64,000 nt of DNA from Anaerolineales bacterium (GCA_016932475.1 JAFGCU010000020.1:101-64100), one strand, 5' to 3'. Shown: positions 1 through 9,958, counted from the stretch's first letter. Notes: generated by a model not told the origin, from the sequence alone. Numbers and translations: made by a program.

Positions 1-51
1 ATTTACGCTATGTCCCAACTCAGAGTTCGGGAGGGGGATGGGATGGAAGGC

Positions 52-1452
52 TTACAGCGCCGCCTTGATCCGCTGCGCCAGATCCCGCGCGCGCTCCGGC
101 GCGGTGCCGACATACACGCTGGCGTCCATCAATTCCCGGATCCTCGCCGGCTGCAGGTGCTTGAGCATGTCCACATCCGCCGCGAGGAATTCCGCAAGCG
201 GATTGGGGCGCCCTTCGCGGAGCGCGTCCCAGGCCTTGCGGCTGTGCTCGCGTATCTTTTCATGCATCGCCTGGCGGTCCGCGCCCGCCGCCACCAGCGC
301 CATCAGGACGCGCTCGCTGGCCGAGAAGGCGCCGAACCGGGCGAGGTTCGCTTGGATGCCCGCCTCGTCCACATCCAGGCCGCCGACGATCCCGGTCATC
401 ACCCGCAGCATCTCCTCCGTGGCGAGGAACGCCTCGGGCAGGATGCTGCGCCGGTTGGCCGAATCATCGATCGTGCGCTCCAAAAGGTTCTGGGCGGCGT
501 TCTGCCAGGCCACTTCCGGGAGAACGGCCACAAACCGCGCCAGCGAGCAGACGTTTTCCGCCTTGACCGGATTGCGTTTGAAGGGCATCGCGCTGGATCC
601 GACCTGGCGCTTGCCGACCGGCTCGCGCGCTTCGCCGAACCCGGCGGATTGCATGATGCGCAAATCGAAGGCGAACTTGTGCAACGAGGCAGCCAGGCCG
701 GCCAGCGCCGCAAGCAGGCGGTAATCCTGAATGCGCGGATATGTTTGCGAGGCCACCGGGAACGCCTTGAGGCCGAGGCTTTCCATCACCGTGGAGTCGA
801 TTACGTCGGCGGAGATATTCTTCCCGCTGAGTATTTCCCCGTAGGATGCGGCCGTTCCGACCGCGCCCTTCATCCCCTTGCCGCGCAGGCCGTCGCGCAC
901 CCGCCGCAGATCTTCCCAGTGCTCGATCAGATCCTGTCCGTAGAGCGCCAGGCGGTAACCCAGCGTGGTCGGCTCGGCGGGCTGCAAATGGGTGTACCCG
1001 AGGACGACCAGGTTGGAATACCGATCGATCTGAGCGGCGAGGGATTGCAGCAGCGGCCGGAAACCGTCGAGCAGCAGGTCCATCCCGTCGCGCATCCGCA
1101 GCACGTCCGCGTTGTCGGTGATATCCGCCGAGGTGGCCCCCCAGTGGATGATCCCGCCCCCCACCGGGCAGAGTTCCGCGAAGGCGCGGACTTCGGCCAT
1201 TACGTCGTGGCCGATTTCCTTTTCGATCTCCAGCGAACGTTCGAGCGTCACATCCGGCGCGTGGAGCCGAAGGTCCTCCACCTGCTCGGCGGTCACCAAC
1301 CCGAATCCCCGCTGCGCTTCCGCAAGGGCGATCCAGATCCGGCGCCAGAGCAGGCGTCGGTTCTTTTCCGAGAAGATCCGCCGCATGGCGACCGATCCGT
1401 AGCGCGAGCTGAACGGCGAGGCGTAATCTTCCATCTGGATGTCGACATCCAT
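52..1452 (-). CDS. purB: adenylosuccinate lyase
   Basis: Fumarase-superfamily signature SSAMPFKRNP; HWGATSADITDN; YTHLQPAEPTT; GGAGG-like RBS before ATG 1452. Confidence 0.93.
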   Translation of the reverse strand: MDVDIQMEDYASPFSSRYGSVAMRRIFSEKNRRLLWRRIWIALAEAQRGFGLVTAEQVEDLRLHAPDVTLERSLEIEKEIGHDVMAEVRAFAELCPVGGGIIHWGATSADITDNADVLRMRDGMDLLLDGFRPLLQSLAAQIDRYSNLVVLGYTHLQPAEPTTLGYRLALYGQDLIEHWEDLRRVRDGLRGKGMKGAVGTAASYGEILSGKNISADVIDSTVMESLGLKAFPVASQTYPRIQDYRLLAALAGLAASLHKFAFDLRIMQSAGFGEAREPVGKRQVGSSAMPFKRNPVKAENVCSLARFVAVLPEVAWQNAAQNLLERTIDDSANRRSILPEAFLATEEMLRVMTGIVGGLDVDEAGIQANLARFGAFSASERVLMALVAAGADRQAMHEKIREHSRKAWDALREGRPNPLAEFLAADVDMLKHLQPARIRELMDASVYVGTAPERARDLAQRIKAAL

Positions 1453-1548
1453 AAGAATCCCTCCGGAAATTGTATTATTTCTTGATAGCGCAATTTGTCT
1501 CATCCGCAATTATGCGCCACTTTGGGGAATGCGACAACCCTATGGAAT

Positions 1549-1774
1549 GTCATTCCGAGGAGCCTGAACAGGGTGACGCCTGTCCCGAGCGAAGCGAGGG
1601 AAGGAATCGGTCAATTGAAAATAAATAAAGGAGAAGTGAAAACAAAGCCACCGATTCCTCGGCCGCCGACGCGGCCTCGGAATGACGTGCCAAGTGCGTC
1701 ATCCCGAGCCGAAGGCGAGGGGGGACTCGCTGCGGAGGTCATTCCGAGGCTGCTTTAGCAGCCGAGGAATCGGT
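1549..1774. repeat. Cluster of long REP-like palindromes (GTCATTCCGAGG...GAGGAATC family) in alternating orientation
   Basis: Copies at 1549-1610, 1653-1686 (inverted), 1698 onward and 1738-1771; relatives near 54652-54852, 59403-59435 and 60592-60651. Confidence 0.8.
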
Positions 1775-1793
1775 TGCGCTTCGGAGGGCATCC

Positions 1794-2708
1794 CTATTTT
1801 TCCTTCGTAATGTATCCCAGCCTTCGCAGCGCGTCTTCACGGTTGCGCCAGCCCGGCAGCACCTTGACCCGCAGGTCGAGGTAGAGTTTGCGCCCGCTCA
1901 TCTCTTCGATTTTCCGGCGGGCGTCGGTGCCGATCCGCTTCAGCATCGTGCCGCCCTTTCCGATCACAATCGCCTTGTGTGATTCCCTTTCCACAAACAG
2001 GGTCGCCTCGATGTACGCCCCTTCTTCGCCCCGCTCCCGGTACTGGTCGACCCGCACCGCCACGCCATGGGGAACTTCCGCCCGCAGGTTGCGCAGGGCG
2101 GATTCGCGGATCAGTTCCGCGGTGATCTCCCGCTCCGACAGATCGGTGATTTCTTCCTCCGGGTACAGGATCGGCCCTTCCGGAAGCCGGGCGACGACCG
2201 CCTCGAGCAGTTCCGGCAATCCCGTTCCCTGCCGGGCGGAAATCACGCAACGGACGGAGTCCGGAATCAGCGCGCCGTATTCCTCCGCGCGCGATTCGCG
2301 CACCTCCACCGCGACGGCATCCGCCTTGTTGAGCGCGAGGATCACCGGCGCATTCGGTTTATTCTTCCTCAGCCAGGCGGCGAGCTCGCGGTCTTCCCCG
2401 GCCACCAACTCCGTCAGATCGGCCAGGAACAAAACCGCGTCCGCTTCGGCGATGGTCTCCGCGGAGGCGCGGACCATTGCTTTGCCGAGGTTGTCCTTCG
2501 GGGTGTGCCATCCGGGAGTATCGAGAAACAGAATCTGGGCGGCGGCAAGCGTGAGGATGCCCATCTGCCGGCGCCGGGTCGTCTGCGGCCACGGGGATAC
2601 TCCGGCGACCTTCTGACCGAGAAAGGCGTTTAGCAGGGTGGATTTTCCGACGTTGGGACGACCGACAACGGCGACGAACCCCGATCGGTGGATGGGAGCC
2701 TCCGGCAT
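1794..2708 (-). CDS. era: GTPase Era
   Basis: GRPNVGKS, DTPG and NKAD motifs; C-terminal KH domain VIGKGGTMLKRIG. Confidence 0.96.
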   Translation of the reverse strand: MPEAPIHRSGFVAVVGRPNVGKSTLLNAFLGQKVAGVSPWPQTTRRRQMGILTLAAAQILFLDTPGWHTPKDNLGKAMVRASAETIAEADAVLFLADLTELVAGEDRELAAWLRKNKPNAPVILALNKADAVAVEVRESRAEEYGALIPDSVRCVISARQGTGLPELLEAVVARLPEGPILYPEEEITDLSEREITAELIRESALRNLRAEVPHGVAVRVDQYRERGEEGAYIEATLFVERESHKAIVIGKGGTMLKRIGTDARRKIEEMSGRKLYLDLRVKVLPGWRNREDALRRLGYITKEK

Positions 2709-2717
2709 GTCGGTTTC

Positions 2718-3044
2718 TTAGGAGTGTTGGAACATGCTGACCATGCGCATCGCCAGGCCGACATCCCCGTCCAATTTTATCTTCCCCTGCATGAACGCAG
2801 CCATGCCGTCCAGTTTTCCTTCGGCGATGGCCGTGATGTCCGCCAGGCTGCTGGTGACGGTCAGCCGGGGTGAAGCCGCGGTTCCCTCGGCACCGGTAAC
2901 TTTGCCGCCCGCGAATTTAATCATCCAGTTCCCCCCGCCCTCCCCGGTCAGGTTAAGCTGGACATCGGCGTCCAGCCCGGCGGCTTTTTCGGACGGGAAG
3001 TTCGCCACCAGCTGGTCGATCAATTGCTTTGCTTGAAGGGTCAT
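2718..3044 (-). CDS. SCP2 sterol-binding domain protein
   Basis: AAFMQGKIKLDGDVGLAM C-terminal motif; 108 aa; RBS GGAG. Confidence 0.88.
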   Translation of the reverse strand: MTLQAKQLIDQLVANFPSEKAAGLDADVQLNLTGEGGGNWMIKFAGGKVTGAEGTAASPRLTVTSSLADITAIAEGKLDGMAAFMQGKIKLDGDVGLAMRMVSMFQHS

Positions 3045-3074
3045 GAACAGCTCCTATCCCTCTCTCCAAAAGGA

Positions 3075-3725
3075 TTATGACTGCAGGCGCGGGTTCTTCG
3101 AATGATCCAGTATATATTGAATGAGTGATTCCTGCTGGCGGGGGCTGATATCGATGAACTCCACGCCCACTTGGCTCTTCCGGGCTCCCTCACCCGGGAC
3201 GGAACGCACGATCCGGCCGGTGAGGTTCAATTCTTCCTCCATTTGACCGAGCGGAATTTGGAACTTTACCCGCAACAGCGTCTCCTGCGGACAGTTCCGG
3301 TGGGTCTCCATCAGGATCCCGCCTCCACTGATATCCAGCGATGTGGACTTGGAAAAAGACAAACCGGCGTGCGTGTCGCGGATCTCGGCATAGCGGGTTT
3401 CCAGTTTTATGGGAAGTCGTGGATATGCCCTGCGCTCCAAATGAACCACCTCCTTTGGGAAATCCAATTCGATCCGCCCTTCCGCACCCTGCGTTTCCGA
3501 GAGCACAGCGCAGACGAGCTGAAAAAGGCCTTCCGAGGAAGGGACCCGCACCCGCAAGAAAGCACCTGGGGACGCGGGGAAAAAACCCTCCGGTATCTTC
3601 GGGTTAACAATGAAAAACGAGGTGTTCCCCACCTCCACAACTTTCGAGGCAAACCAATTCTCCCCCTCCAAGGCAGGCGAAATGTGGAAAATGCTGTCTT
3701 TCTTGATCCAGCGATGAATTTCCAT
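3075..3725 (-). CDS. YcgR-like PilZ-domain c-di-GMP effector
   Basis: RxxxR (ERRAYPR) and DxSxxG (DISGGG) motifs after an N-terminal beta domain. Confidence 0.85.
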   Translation of the reverse strand: MEIHRWIKKDSIFHISPALEGENWFASKVVEVGNTSFFIVNPKIPEGFFPASPGAFLRVRVPSSEGLFQLVCAVLSETQGAEGRIELDFPKEVVHLERRAYPRLPIKLETRYAEIRDTHAGLSFSKSTSLDISGGGILMETHRNCPQETLLRVKFQIPLGQMEEELNLTGRIVRSVPGEGARKSQVGVEFIDISPRQQESLIQYILDHSKNPRLQS

Positions 3726-3920
3726 GATGTGGCCCCTGGTTTCCCGCTCCCTTCCCGGTGTCCGACCTCCCCTCGCCCAGAACGCCTCCGGGGCAGGCAA
3801 CAACCCGCCCCTTGCGGAAATTATAGCTCCGGTGAGCGGCGCGCCCCCACGACTTATATCCTATCTTCCGCAATAATTAATCACCTCTTTGCAGCCGGGG
3901 AGGAAATTATGAGTTATTGC

Positions 3921-4700
3921 TCAGGCCCAGAAAGGCCATGGAACGGACGCTCCCGGACCCGGAAACGGGAACTTTCCGGCTTTACGCAGCGATCCGGCGC
4001 GGGAGAAGACAGCGCGGATCTCATCGGGGGATAACAACCGCGCCAAAGCCGCCTGGAATCTCTTTGGAAAATCAGACGTTTGAAGATGGTGAACGCCCGG
4101 TTTGGAGTTGGTGAAATTATCCAGCACCAGCCGCACATCTTCCGGGAGGGGTTCGCCGGCAAAATCCCAAATCACCGTCCGCAGCTTCCATTCCCGGTGG
4201 AAACAAACGCCATGATCGATCAGCCAGATGCGGCCCGACCTGTCGCGCACGACGTGCATCGCTTTTCGATCGGCGTTGTTGATCAACACATCGAACGCCG
4301 CGACCCGCCGCATCGCATCCGGATCCTGATCCCTCAGCAAAAAATAATTCTGCGCGAGGTCCAGCTCCATAAATTCCTGGAAGGAACCCGGCCCGAGCGG
4401 GCCGTCATCGCGGAACACGGTGGGCGGCACAAAATTCCAGCCCAGCAGGCGGGTAAGTTCGTAGGCGGCGGCTTCCCGTTTGGCGAGGGTTCCAGCCGGG
4501 AAATCCCACAGCGGCCGTTCGCCGCGCACGGGCTTATACACCGCCTGAAGCGAACCGGTCTCCGCCTTCAACCCGCAGAGGAACGTGGCGTTCGATCCCA
4601 GACGGAACAAGCCGCGCACCTCCGCCTCGCCTTCGCGGAGGATCCGCAGCACGCTCGCCGCGGGGCGCAGACCCGGCGGCGGATCAGTGTTTGTGTCCAT
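3921..4700 (-). CDS. SCO1664-family PI3/PI4-kinase-like protein
   Basis: VYKPVRGERPLWDFP, REAAAY, NNADRK, IDHG. Confidence 0.88.
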   Translation of the reverse strand: MDTNTDPPPGLRPAASVLRILREGEAEVRGLFRLGSNATFLCGLKAETGSLQAVYKPVRGERPLWDFPAGTLAKREAAAYELTRLLGWNFVPPTVFRDDGPLGPGSFQEFMELDLAQNYFLLRDQDPDAMRRVAAFDVLINNADRKAMHVVRDRSGRIWLIDHGVCFHREWKLRTVIWDFAGEPLPEDVRLVLDNFTNSKPGVHHLQTSDFPKRFQAALARLLSPDEIRAVFSRAGSLRKAGKFPFPGPGASVPWPFWA

Positions 4701-5211
4701 TCCGGCGCGGGCAGAAATGGCCCGAGGGATCGATCGGGTTTCCGCAATTGCCGCAGATCGGCCGGCCGCGCCGCGCAAGCTCCGTCCCCCAGCGCGCCAT
4801 GCGGAGCAGCTGGGTGCGGGTGCACCAAAGGGAGGCTTCCGCCTGCTCTTCCCCGCCTCCGGTCTCCTCCACCGCCTGACGCAGGACAAACAACAGCCGG
4901 TCTTCCTTTTCGTCGTACCCCAGGCCCATATTTCCGATGTGGAATGCCGCGTCCAGCGGCTGCGTCAACCCCATCTCGGATTCCACATACCCGGCATCCG
5001 GCGGTTCGAGCGCCGGAAAACGCTCCTGCAGGTCGTTGAGGAACTGCTCGATCGAGGCCGCCAGCATCAACACCTGTTCCTTTTCCGCCCGCAGAGTGAC
5101 ACGGCTGCCGCCGCCGGCGGCCTGCAGGAAAAAAATGCGATGACCGGGCTGTCCGACCGCCCCGACGGTTATCCGCTCCACGGGCCGGATTTTAAAATGA
5201 GAGGATGTCAT
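4684..5211 (-). CDS. DUF3090 family protein
   Basis: GAVGQPGHRIFFLQA, EKEQV, C-terminal GRPICGNCGNPIDPSGHFCPRRNGH. Confidence 0.88.
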   Translation of the reverse strand: MTSSHFKIRPVERITVGAVGQPGHRIFFLQAAGGGSRVTLRAEKEQVLMLAASIEQFLNDLQERFPALEPPDAGYVESEMGLTQPLDAAFHIGNMGLGYDEKEDRLLFVLRQAVEETGGGEEQAEASLWCTRTQLLRMARWGTELARRGRPICGNCGNPIDPSGHFCPRRNGHKH

Positions 5212-5230
5212 GGGGTTGACCGGGCGGCTC

Positions 5231-5848
5231 CTATTCCGCTTTCACCCGCAAGGGCGAACCCGCGGGCAGGTTGATCCCCGCCACGCGGACAGCTTTGCGG
5301 GTGACGATGAGTACCGACACGGACGCCGGTTCCGTGACCAGCATATGATACGCCGCAAGCGGCATTTGCAGGTAGTGCGCGAGCGCAAGGCGGATGGTGT
5401 CGGCGTGGGTAAAAAGCGCCGCGATCCCCGACCCCTCGCCGGCGCGGATTTCCTCCATCATTCCCACCGCGCGCTCCTGCGCCTCCGCAAGACTCTCCCC
5501 TCCCGGGTAGCGCACCATCGCCGGCGTGTGATGCACTTCCTGCCAGATGGTCATCCCCTGCAGTTCGGTGAACGGTTTGCCGGTCAACTCGCCGAAATCC
5601 ACCTCCTGCAGCCGTTCATCCCGGATGATCCTTTTGTCCGCCGCCCGCGCGGCCGGCTCCGCTGTTTCCAGCGCGCGTTCGAGCGGAGAGGAATAGACCG
5701 CGTCGAGCGGGAGCGGGCCCAGCACCGCCGCCAGCGCGTCGGCGTGCGCGCGCCCTTCCGCATTCAGATGAATATCCGGAAGCCGCCCGGCCAGGCGTTT
5801 CCCAAGCCAGTCGGTCTCGCCATGACGCACGAGGAGCAGGACGGTCAT
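5231..5848 (-). CDS. histidine phosphatase (MSMEG_4193-like phosphomutase)
   Basis: RHGET, SSPLERALETA, EVDFG, THAD. Confidence 0.88.
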   Translation of the reverse strand: MTVLLLVRHGETDWLGKRLAGRLPDIHLNAEGRAHADALAAVLGPLPLDAVYSSPLERALETAEPAARAADKRIIRDERLQEVDFGELTGKPFTELQGMTIWQEVHHTPAMVRYPGGESLAEAQERAVGMMEEIRAGEGSGIAALFTHADTIRLALAHYLQMPLAAYHMLVTEPASVSVLIVTRKAVRVAGINLPAGSPLRVKAE

Positions 5849-7194
5849 CCGGAATCCTCCAATCCATTCCGCCGGATTACAGCCGCGTACCAATCAAAGG
5901 AGGTTTTGGGCGTCCGCTTCCGGGTGGCGAAATCGATGTACACCAGCCCGAAACGCATGGCGTACCCCAATTCCCACTCAAAATTATCGGTGAAGGACCA
6001 AACGAAATAACCTTTGACGGGAATGTTTTTCGCCATCGACGACTGCAACACGCGCAGGTGACGCTGGAGATAGGATATGCGTTCGGGATCGCTTACGACG
6101 CCATTCCCGTCCGGCGCGTCGGGCACGGGAATACCGTTTTCGGTGACCAGGATCATCGGCGGGCGGTAATCGTTCCAGACCCTTTCCACCGTTTCGCCGA
6201 TCCCGGGCGGGTAAACCTCCCACATCGGGGAGAACTCGCCCTGCTTCGACCGGACCATTAGCCCGCCCATGATCGGCACCCACCATCGCCCGGCGAACAC
6301 CTGGCGGGTGTAGTAGTTTACGCCGAGAAAGTCGATCGGCTCGGCTATCTTCGCCAGGTCGCCGTCGCGGACCGGCGGGGCGAACGGGCCGAAACGCCGC
6401 CAGAGATCCGGCGGATACGCTCCGCGCAGGACAGGATCCAGACAAATGTGGTTCGAGAGCACATCGAACCAGGAGGCCGCCCGGCGGTCGGATTCCGTAT
6501 CCCGTTCGGGGTGCACCGGCGAGAGGTTCAACGCGATCCCCACCCGCGCCGGCCGCGGGGATGCCGACCGGATGGCGCGCACCGCCTCCCCGTGCGCCAG
6601 GAGAAGGGTGTGCATGGCGCGGGTGTAGGAGCCCGGATTGCGCCGGCCCGGCGCGTGCGTTCCGTACATATACCCCAGCACAGCGGCGACCATCGGCTCG
6701 TTCAGCGTGATCCACCATTGGACGCGGTCTCCCAGGCGCGCCGCCACGACGGCCGCATACTCTCCGAAAGCCGCCGCCGTGTCGCGTTCCGGCCAGCTCC
6801 CCTTTTTGTGCAACGCAAGCGGCAGGTCGAAATGGTAGAGCGTGGGGAACGGTTGGATGCCGCGTTCGAGCATGCCGTCCACCAGGCGGTCGTAGAAATC
6901 CAGCCCCGCTTGGTTGATGTTGCCCCTGCCCTCGGGAATGACCCGCGACCATGAGACCGAGAACCGGTATGCCCCTGCGCCGAGAGTCTTGAGCAGATCG
7001 AGATCGTCCTTCCAGCGGTGGTAATGGTCGCAGGCAACGTCGCCGGTTTCGCCGCGCGCGGTTTTCCCGCGCCGATGGGAGAACCAATCCCAAATCGAAG
7101 GCCCCTTGCCGTCCCCGTTCCAGGCGCCTTCGATCTGGTAGGCCGAGGAAGAAACACCCCAGAGAAAGTCTTTTGGGAAAATCAGGTCCGGCAT
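5845..7194 (-). CDS. GH1 beta-glucosidase
   Basis: TLNEP acid/base and VTENG nucleophile motifs; AYQIEGA; WSFTDNFEW. Confidence 0.95.
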   Translation of the reverse strand: MPDLIFPKDFLWGVSSSAYQIEGAWNGDGKGPSIWDWFSHRRGKTARGETGDVACDHYHRWKDDLDLLKTLGAGAYRFSVSWSRVIPEGRGNINQAGLDFYDRLVDGMLERGIQPFPTLYHFDLPLALHKKGSWPERDTAAAFGEYAAVVAARLGDRVQWWITLNEPMVAAVLGYMYGTHAPGRRNPGSYTRAMHTLLLAHGEAVRAIRSASPRPARVGIALNLSPVHPERDTESDRRAASWFDVLSNHICLDPVLRGAYPPDLWRRFGPFAPPVRDGDLAKIAEPIDFLGVNYYTRQVFAGRWWVPIMGGLMVRSKQGEFSPMWEVYPPGIGETVERVWNDYRPPMILVTENGIPVPDAPDGNGVVSDPERISYLQRHLRVLQSSMAKNIPVKGYFVWSFTDNFEWELGYAMRFGLVYIDFATRKRTPKTSFDWYAAVIRRNGLEDSG

Positions 7195-7329
7195 CGGGTC
7201 ACTTTTGCCTGTTTATCTGAATGAGAACTTCTCATCGCATCCACCCCGCTTCCGGTCTTCGGGCGCCTTCTCCCGGCGGATGCCGGGAGAAGGCGGGGAA
7301 TGGTGCAGGAGAGCGGCATCCGCCTATCC

Positions 7330-7509
7330 TTATGGAACTTCGACGACTTCGGCCATGGCGGCGTTCTTCTTCACCGATTCGATCCCGTCCAAGCAGGCCT
7401 GCCGGCTGGAATAACCTTCACCGGAATCCGCGATGGATTTCCCGTTCGGGGCAACCAAGCGCCAGCGGTGCTGCCCGCCCTTGTCCTTGTACACCTCGAA
7501 TTTGTACAT
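7330..7509 (-). CDS. YegP/DUF1508 family small protein (59 aa, missing from the ORF track)
   Basis: Manual translation MYKFEVYKDKGGQHRWRLVAPNGKSIADSGEGYSSRQACLDGIESVKKNAAMAEVVEVP; strong AGGAGG RBS. Confidence 0.9.
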   Translation of the reverse strand: MYKFEVYKDKGGQHRWRLVAPNGKSIADSGEGYSSRQACLDGIESVKKNAAMAEVVEVP

Positions 7510-7556
7510 GCATTCCTCCTGGAAGAATTGGATTGGTGATCCGGCCTATCCCCCAA

Positions 7557-7653
7557 CCCCCTCCTCTAGCCTCCCCCATTTGCCTCGTTGATCAGGGCAG
7601 TGCAATCCGGATATACTTTTCTCCTCGAGGTAAAGGGGGAGGCTAGGAGGGGG
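7557..7653. repeat. C-rich/G-rich inverted repeat overlapping the rarA stop codon
   Basis: Arms CCCCCTCCTCTAGCCTCCCCCATTTGCCTCG and CGAGGTAAAGGGGGAGGCTAGGAGGGGG; similar element at 21193-21254. Confidence 0.65.
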
Positions 7654-9061
7654 ACCGGAATCCCATCTTGCGCTTGATACTCTCCGCTTCCTCGTGGGTC
7701 GGCGTGGGGAGGGTCGTGGTTTCGGTGACGCCCAGCGCCTTTTCCTGAGCGCGCCGCCAGCGCTCCAGCCGCTCCCGCACCGCCGCCTCATAACCAATGC
7801 CGGTCGGTTTGTAGAAATATGTCCCCTGCAGCGCGGTCGGCAGATACTGCTGGCCGACATGATGGTCTTCGAGCTGGTGCGGGTAAACGTACCCTTCGCC
7901 GTGCCCCAGGCCTTTGGCGTCGCGGCTGGAATCCTTCAGGTGGTCGGGAACTTCGGTGACGCCCTTCCTTTCCACCGTCTCATAGGCCTGGAAATAAGCC
8001 AGCGCGCTGTTGGATTTCGGCGCGGTGGAAAGATACAGCGCCGCCTCGACCAGCGGATAAATCCCTTCCGGCAAACCGACGTAATCAAACGCCTGGGCCG
8101 CGGCGTTGGCCACAACCAGCGCCTGCGGTTCCGCGAGGCCGATATCCTCCCCCGCAAAAATCAGCATCCGCCGCAGGATAAACCGCGGGTCCTCGCCGGA
8201 ATACAGCATGCGCGCCATCCAGTAGAGCGCCGCGTCCGGATCCGAGCCGCGCAGGGATTTGATGAACGCGCTGATCGTATCGTAGTGCGCGTCGCCGTCG
8301 CGGTCGTAGAGCAGCGCCCGGCGCTGGATCGATTCCTGCGCCACGAGAAGATTGATGCGAATCGCGCCGTCCGCGCCGGGCGCGGTGGATTCCACCGCCA
8401 GTTCGAGCGCGTTCAGCGCGTTGCGCGCGTCGCCGCCGGCCACATCGACCAGGTGGGCTTCCGCTTCATCCGCGAGGATGACCTTGCGGCCGCCGTAGCC
8501 GCGTTCGGGATCCTCGAGCGCGCGCCGGAGAAGGCGGCGGACGTCGTCCTGCGCCAGCGGGCGCAGCTGGAAGATGCGCGAGCGCGAGACGAGCGCGCCG
8601 ATCACCTCGAAGTAGGGGTTCTCGGTCGTCGCGCCGATCAGCACGATCTTGCCGTTTTCCACGTGCGGCAGGAGCGCATCCTGCTGGGCTTTGTTCCAGC
8701 GGTGGACTTCGTCGACAAACAGGATCGTACGGATGTTGTTCAGCTTCCGGCGCTCGCCCGCCTCGGCGATCACGCGCCGCAGTTCGGCCACGCCCGCGAG
8801 GACCGCGCTCAGCGTTTCGAAATGGGATTTGGTGCTGCCGGCGATGATCTGCGCGAGGGTGGTCTTGCCGCTGCCGGGCGGCCCCCAGAGGAGAATCGAG
8901 GAAAACAGCCGGTCGGCTTCGATCGCGCGGCGGAGGAGCTTGCCCGGGCCGATGATGTCTTCCTGCCCGGCGAACTCATCGAGCGTGCGCGGGCGCATCC
9001 GCGCCGCGAGCGGCGCTTCGCGTTTCATCCGGTCCCGCAGCGCGTGATCGAACAGGTCCAT
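7643..9061 (-). CDS. rarA: replication-associated recombination protein A (MgsA/RarA)
   Basis: PLAARMRP, GPPGSGKT, DEVHRWNKAQQD, ISAFIKSLRGSD, EDIGLA. Confidence 0.95.
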   Translation of the reverse strand: MDLFDHALRDRMKREAPLAARMRPRTLDEFAGQEDIIGPGKLLRRAIEADRLFSSILLWGPPGSGKTTLAQIIAGSTKSHFETLSAVLAGVAELRRVIAEAGERRKLNNIRTILFVDEVHRWNKAQQDALLPHVENGKIVLIGATTENPYFEVIGALVSRSRIFQLRPLAQDDVRRLLRRALEDPERGYGGRKVILADEAEAHLVDVAGGDARNALNALELAVESTAPGADGAIRINLLVAQESIQRRALLYDRDGDAHYDTISAFIKSLRGSDPDAALYWMARMLYSGEDPRFILRRMLIFAGEDIGLAEPQALVVANAAAQAFDYVGLPEGIYPLVEAALYLSTAPKSNSALAYFQAYETVERKGVTEVPDHLKDSSRDAKGLGHGEGYVYPHQLEDHHVGQQYLPTALQGTYFYKPTGIGYEAAVRERLERWRRAQEKALGVTETTTLPTPTHEEAESIKRKMGFRSPS

Positions 9062-9068
9062 GGCGGGA

Positions 9069-9077
9069 AGTATAGCA
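9069..9077 (-). promoter_or_regulatory. extended -10 promoter of rarA (probably leaderless)
   Basis: TGCTATACT 7 nt upstream of ATG; no RBS. Confidence 0.65.
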
Positions 9078-9090
9078 TGGGGGATGAAAT

Positions 9091-9958
9091 GAATCCACGA
9101 AGGAACACGAAGAAAAACCTGAAGAACACGAAGAATTAAAAAACAATTGGCGAGGGGATGGGTTCGAGATGCCGGCGCCTGCTCTCGCGAAGTGCGCAGG
9201 TTTGGTTTTTTTATCCTGCGCGTCCACGAAGCGTGGGCGGACTTAGCCGGCATCCAGATTATGCGTCATCTTCCCGTGGACCCCGGCCTAGTACACGCCG
9301 GGGTGACGTTTTTATCAGCACGCCGGGGTGACGTTTTCCCCCGAGCGTTCGTCATGCCGGCGCGTTTTTGGCCGGCATCCAGATCATGCGTCCTCATCCC
9401 GTGGACCCCGGCCTAGTACACGCCGGGGTGACGGTTTCTCGGCACGCCGGGGTGACGTTTTTATCGGCACGCCGGGGTGACTTTTTTCCCCCAAGTGTTC
9501 GTCATGCCGGCGCGTTTTTGGCCGGCATCCAGATCATGCATCATCTTCGGTGGACCCCGGCCTAGTACACGCCGGGGTGACGGTTTCTCGGCACGCCGGG
9601 GTGACGTTTTCCCCCGAGCGTTCGTCATGCCGGCGCGTTTTTGGCCGGCATCCAGATCATGCGTCATCTTCGGTGGACCCCGGCCTAGTACACGCCGGGG
9701 TGACTTTTTTTCGGCACGCCGGGGTGACGTTTTTATCAGCACGCCGGGGTGACGTTTTCCCTCGAGCGTTCGTCATGCCGGCGTGTTTTTGGCCGGCATC
9801 CAGATCATGCATCATCTTCGGTGGACCCCGGCCTAGTACACGCCGGGGTGACGTTTTTTTTAGCACGCCGGGGTGACGACTACATTTCATAGTCGGGTGG
9901 TTTTTCCAATATATCTTCGTGTGTCTTCCGATCTTCCTTTGTGTATCTTCGTGGATTC
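9091..9958. repeat. about 870-bp composite repeat region bounded by imperfect CACGAAG-rich inverted repeats
   Basis: Left 9091-9134 GAATCCACGAAGGAACACGAAG...; right 9914-9958 is its approximate reverse complement. Confidence 0.65.
9169..9877. repeat. BIME-like tandem array of five inverted REP doublets plus half-REP units
   Basis: A=GTCATGCCGGCGCGTTTTTGGCCGGCATCCA at 9351, 9501, 9624, 9772 (interrupted copy at 9169); B=TGGACCCCGGCCTAGTACACGCCGGGGTGAC at 9277, 9402, 9551, 9674, 9822. Confidence 0.92.

Noticed and set aside
10-1485. Long antisense or alternate-frame ORFs (also 7694-9139, 40534-41934, 53138-54622, 55676-57316, 57073-59229 and others)
   Set aside because: Shadow ORFs typical of high-GC DNA, overlapping well-supported genes.
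9245-9877. Possible CRISPR array
   Set aside because: Intervening sequences are near-identical rather than unique spacers, units alternate in orientation, the same repeats occur dispersed elsewhere, and there are no cas genes in the window.
9147-9890. Short repetitive ORFs across the array (e.g. 9461-9742, 9550-9876)
   Set aside because: They are translations of the DNA repeats, with no RBS or protein-like features.
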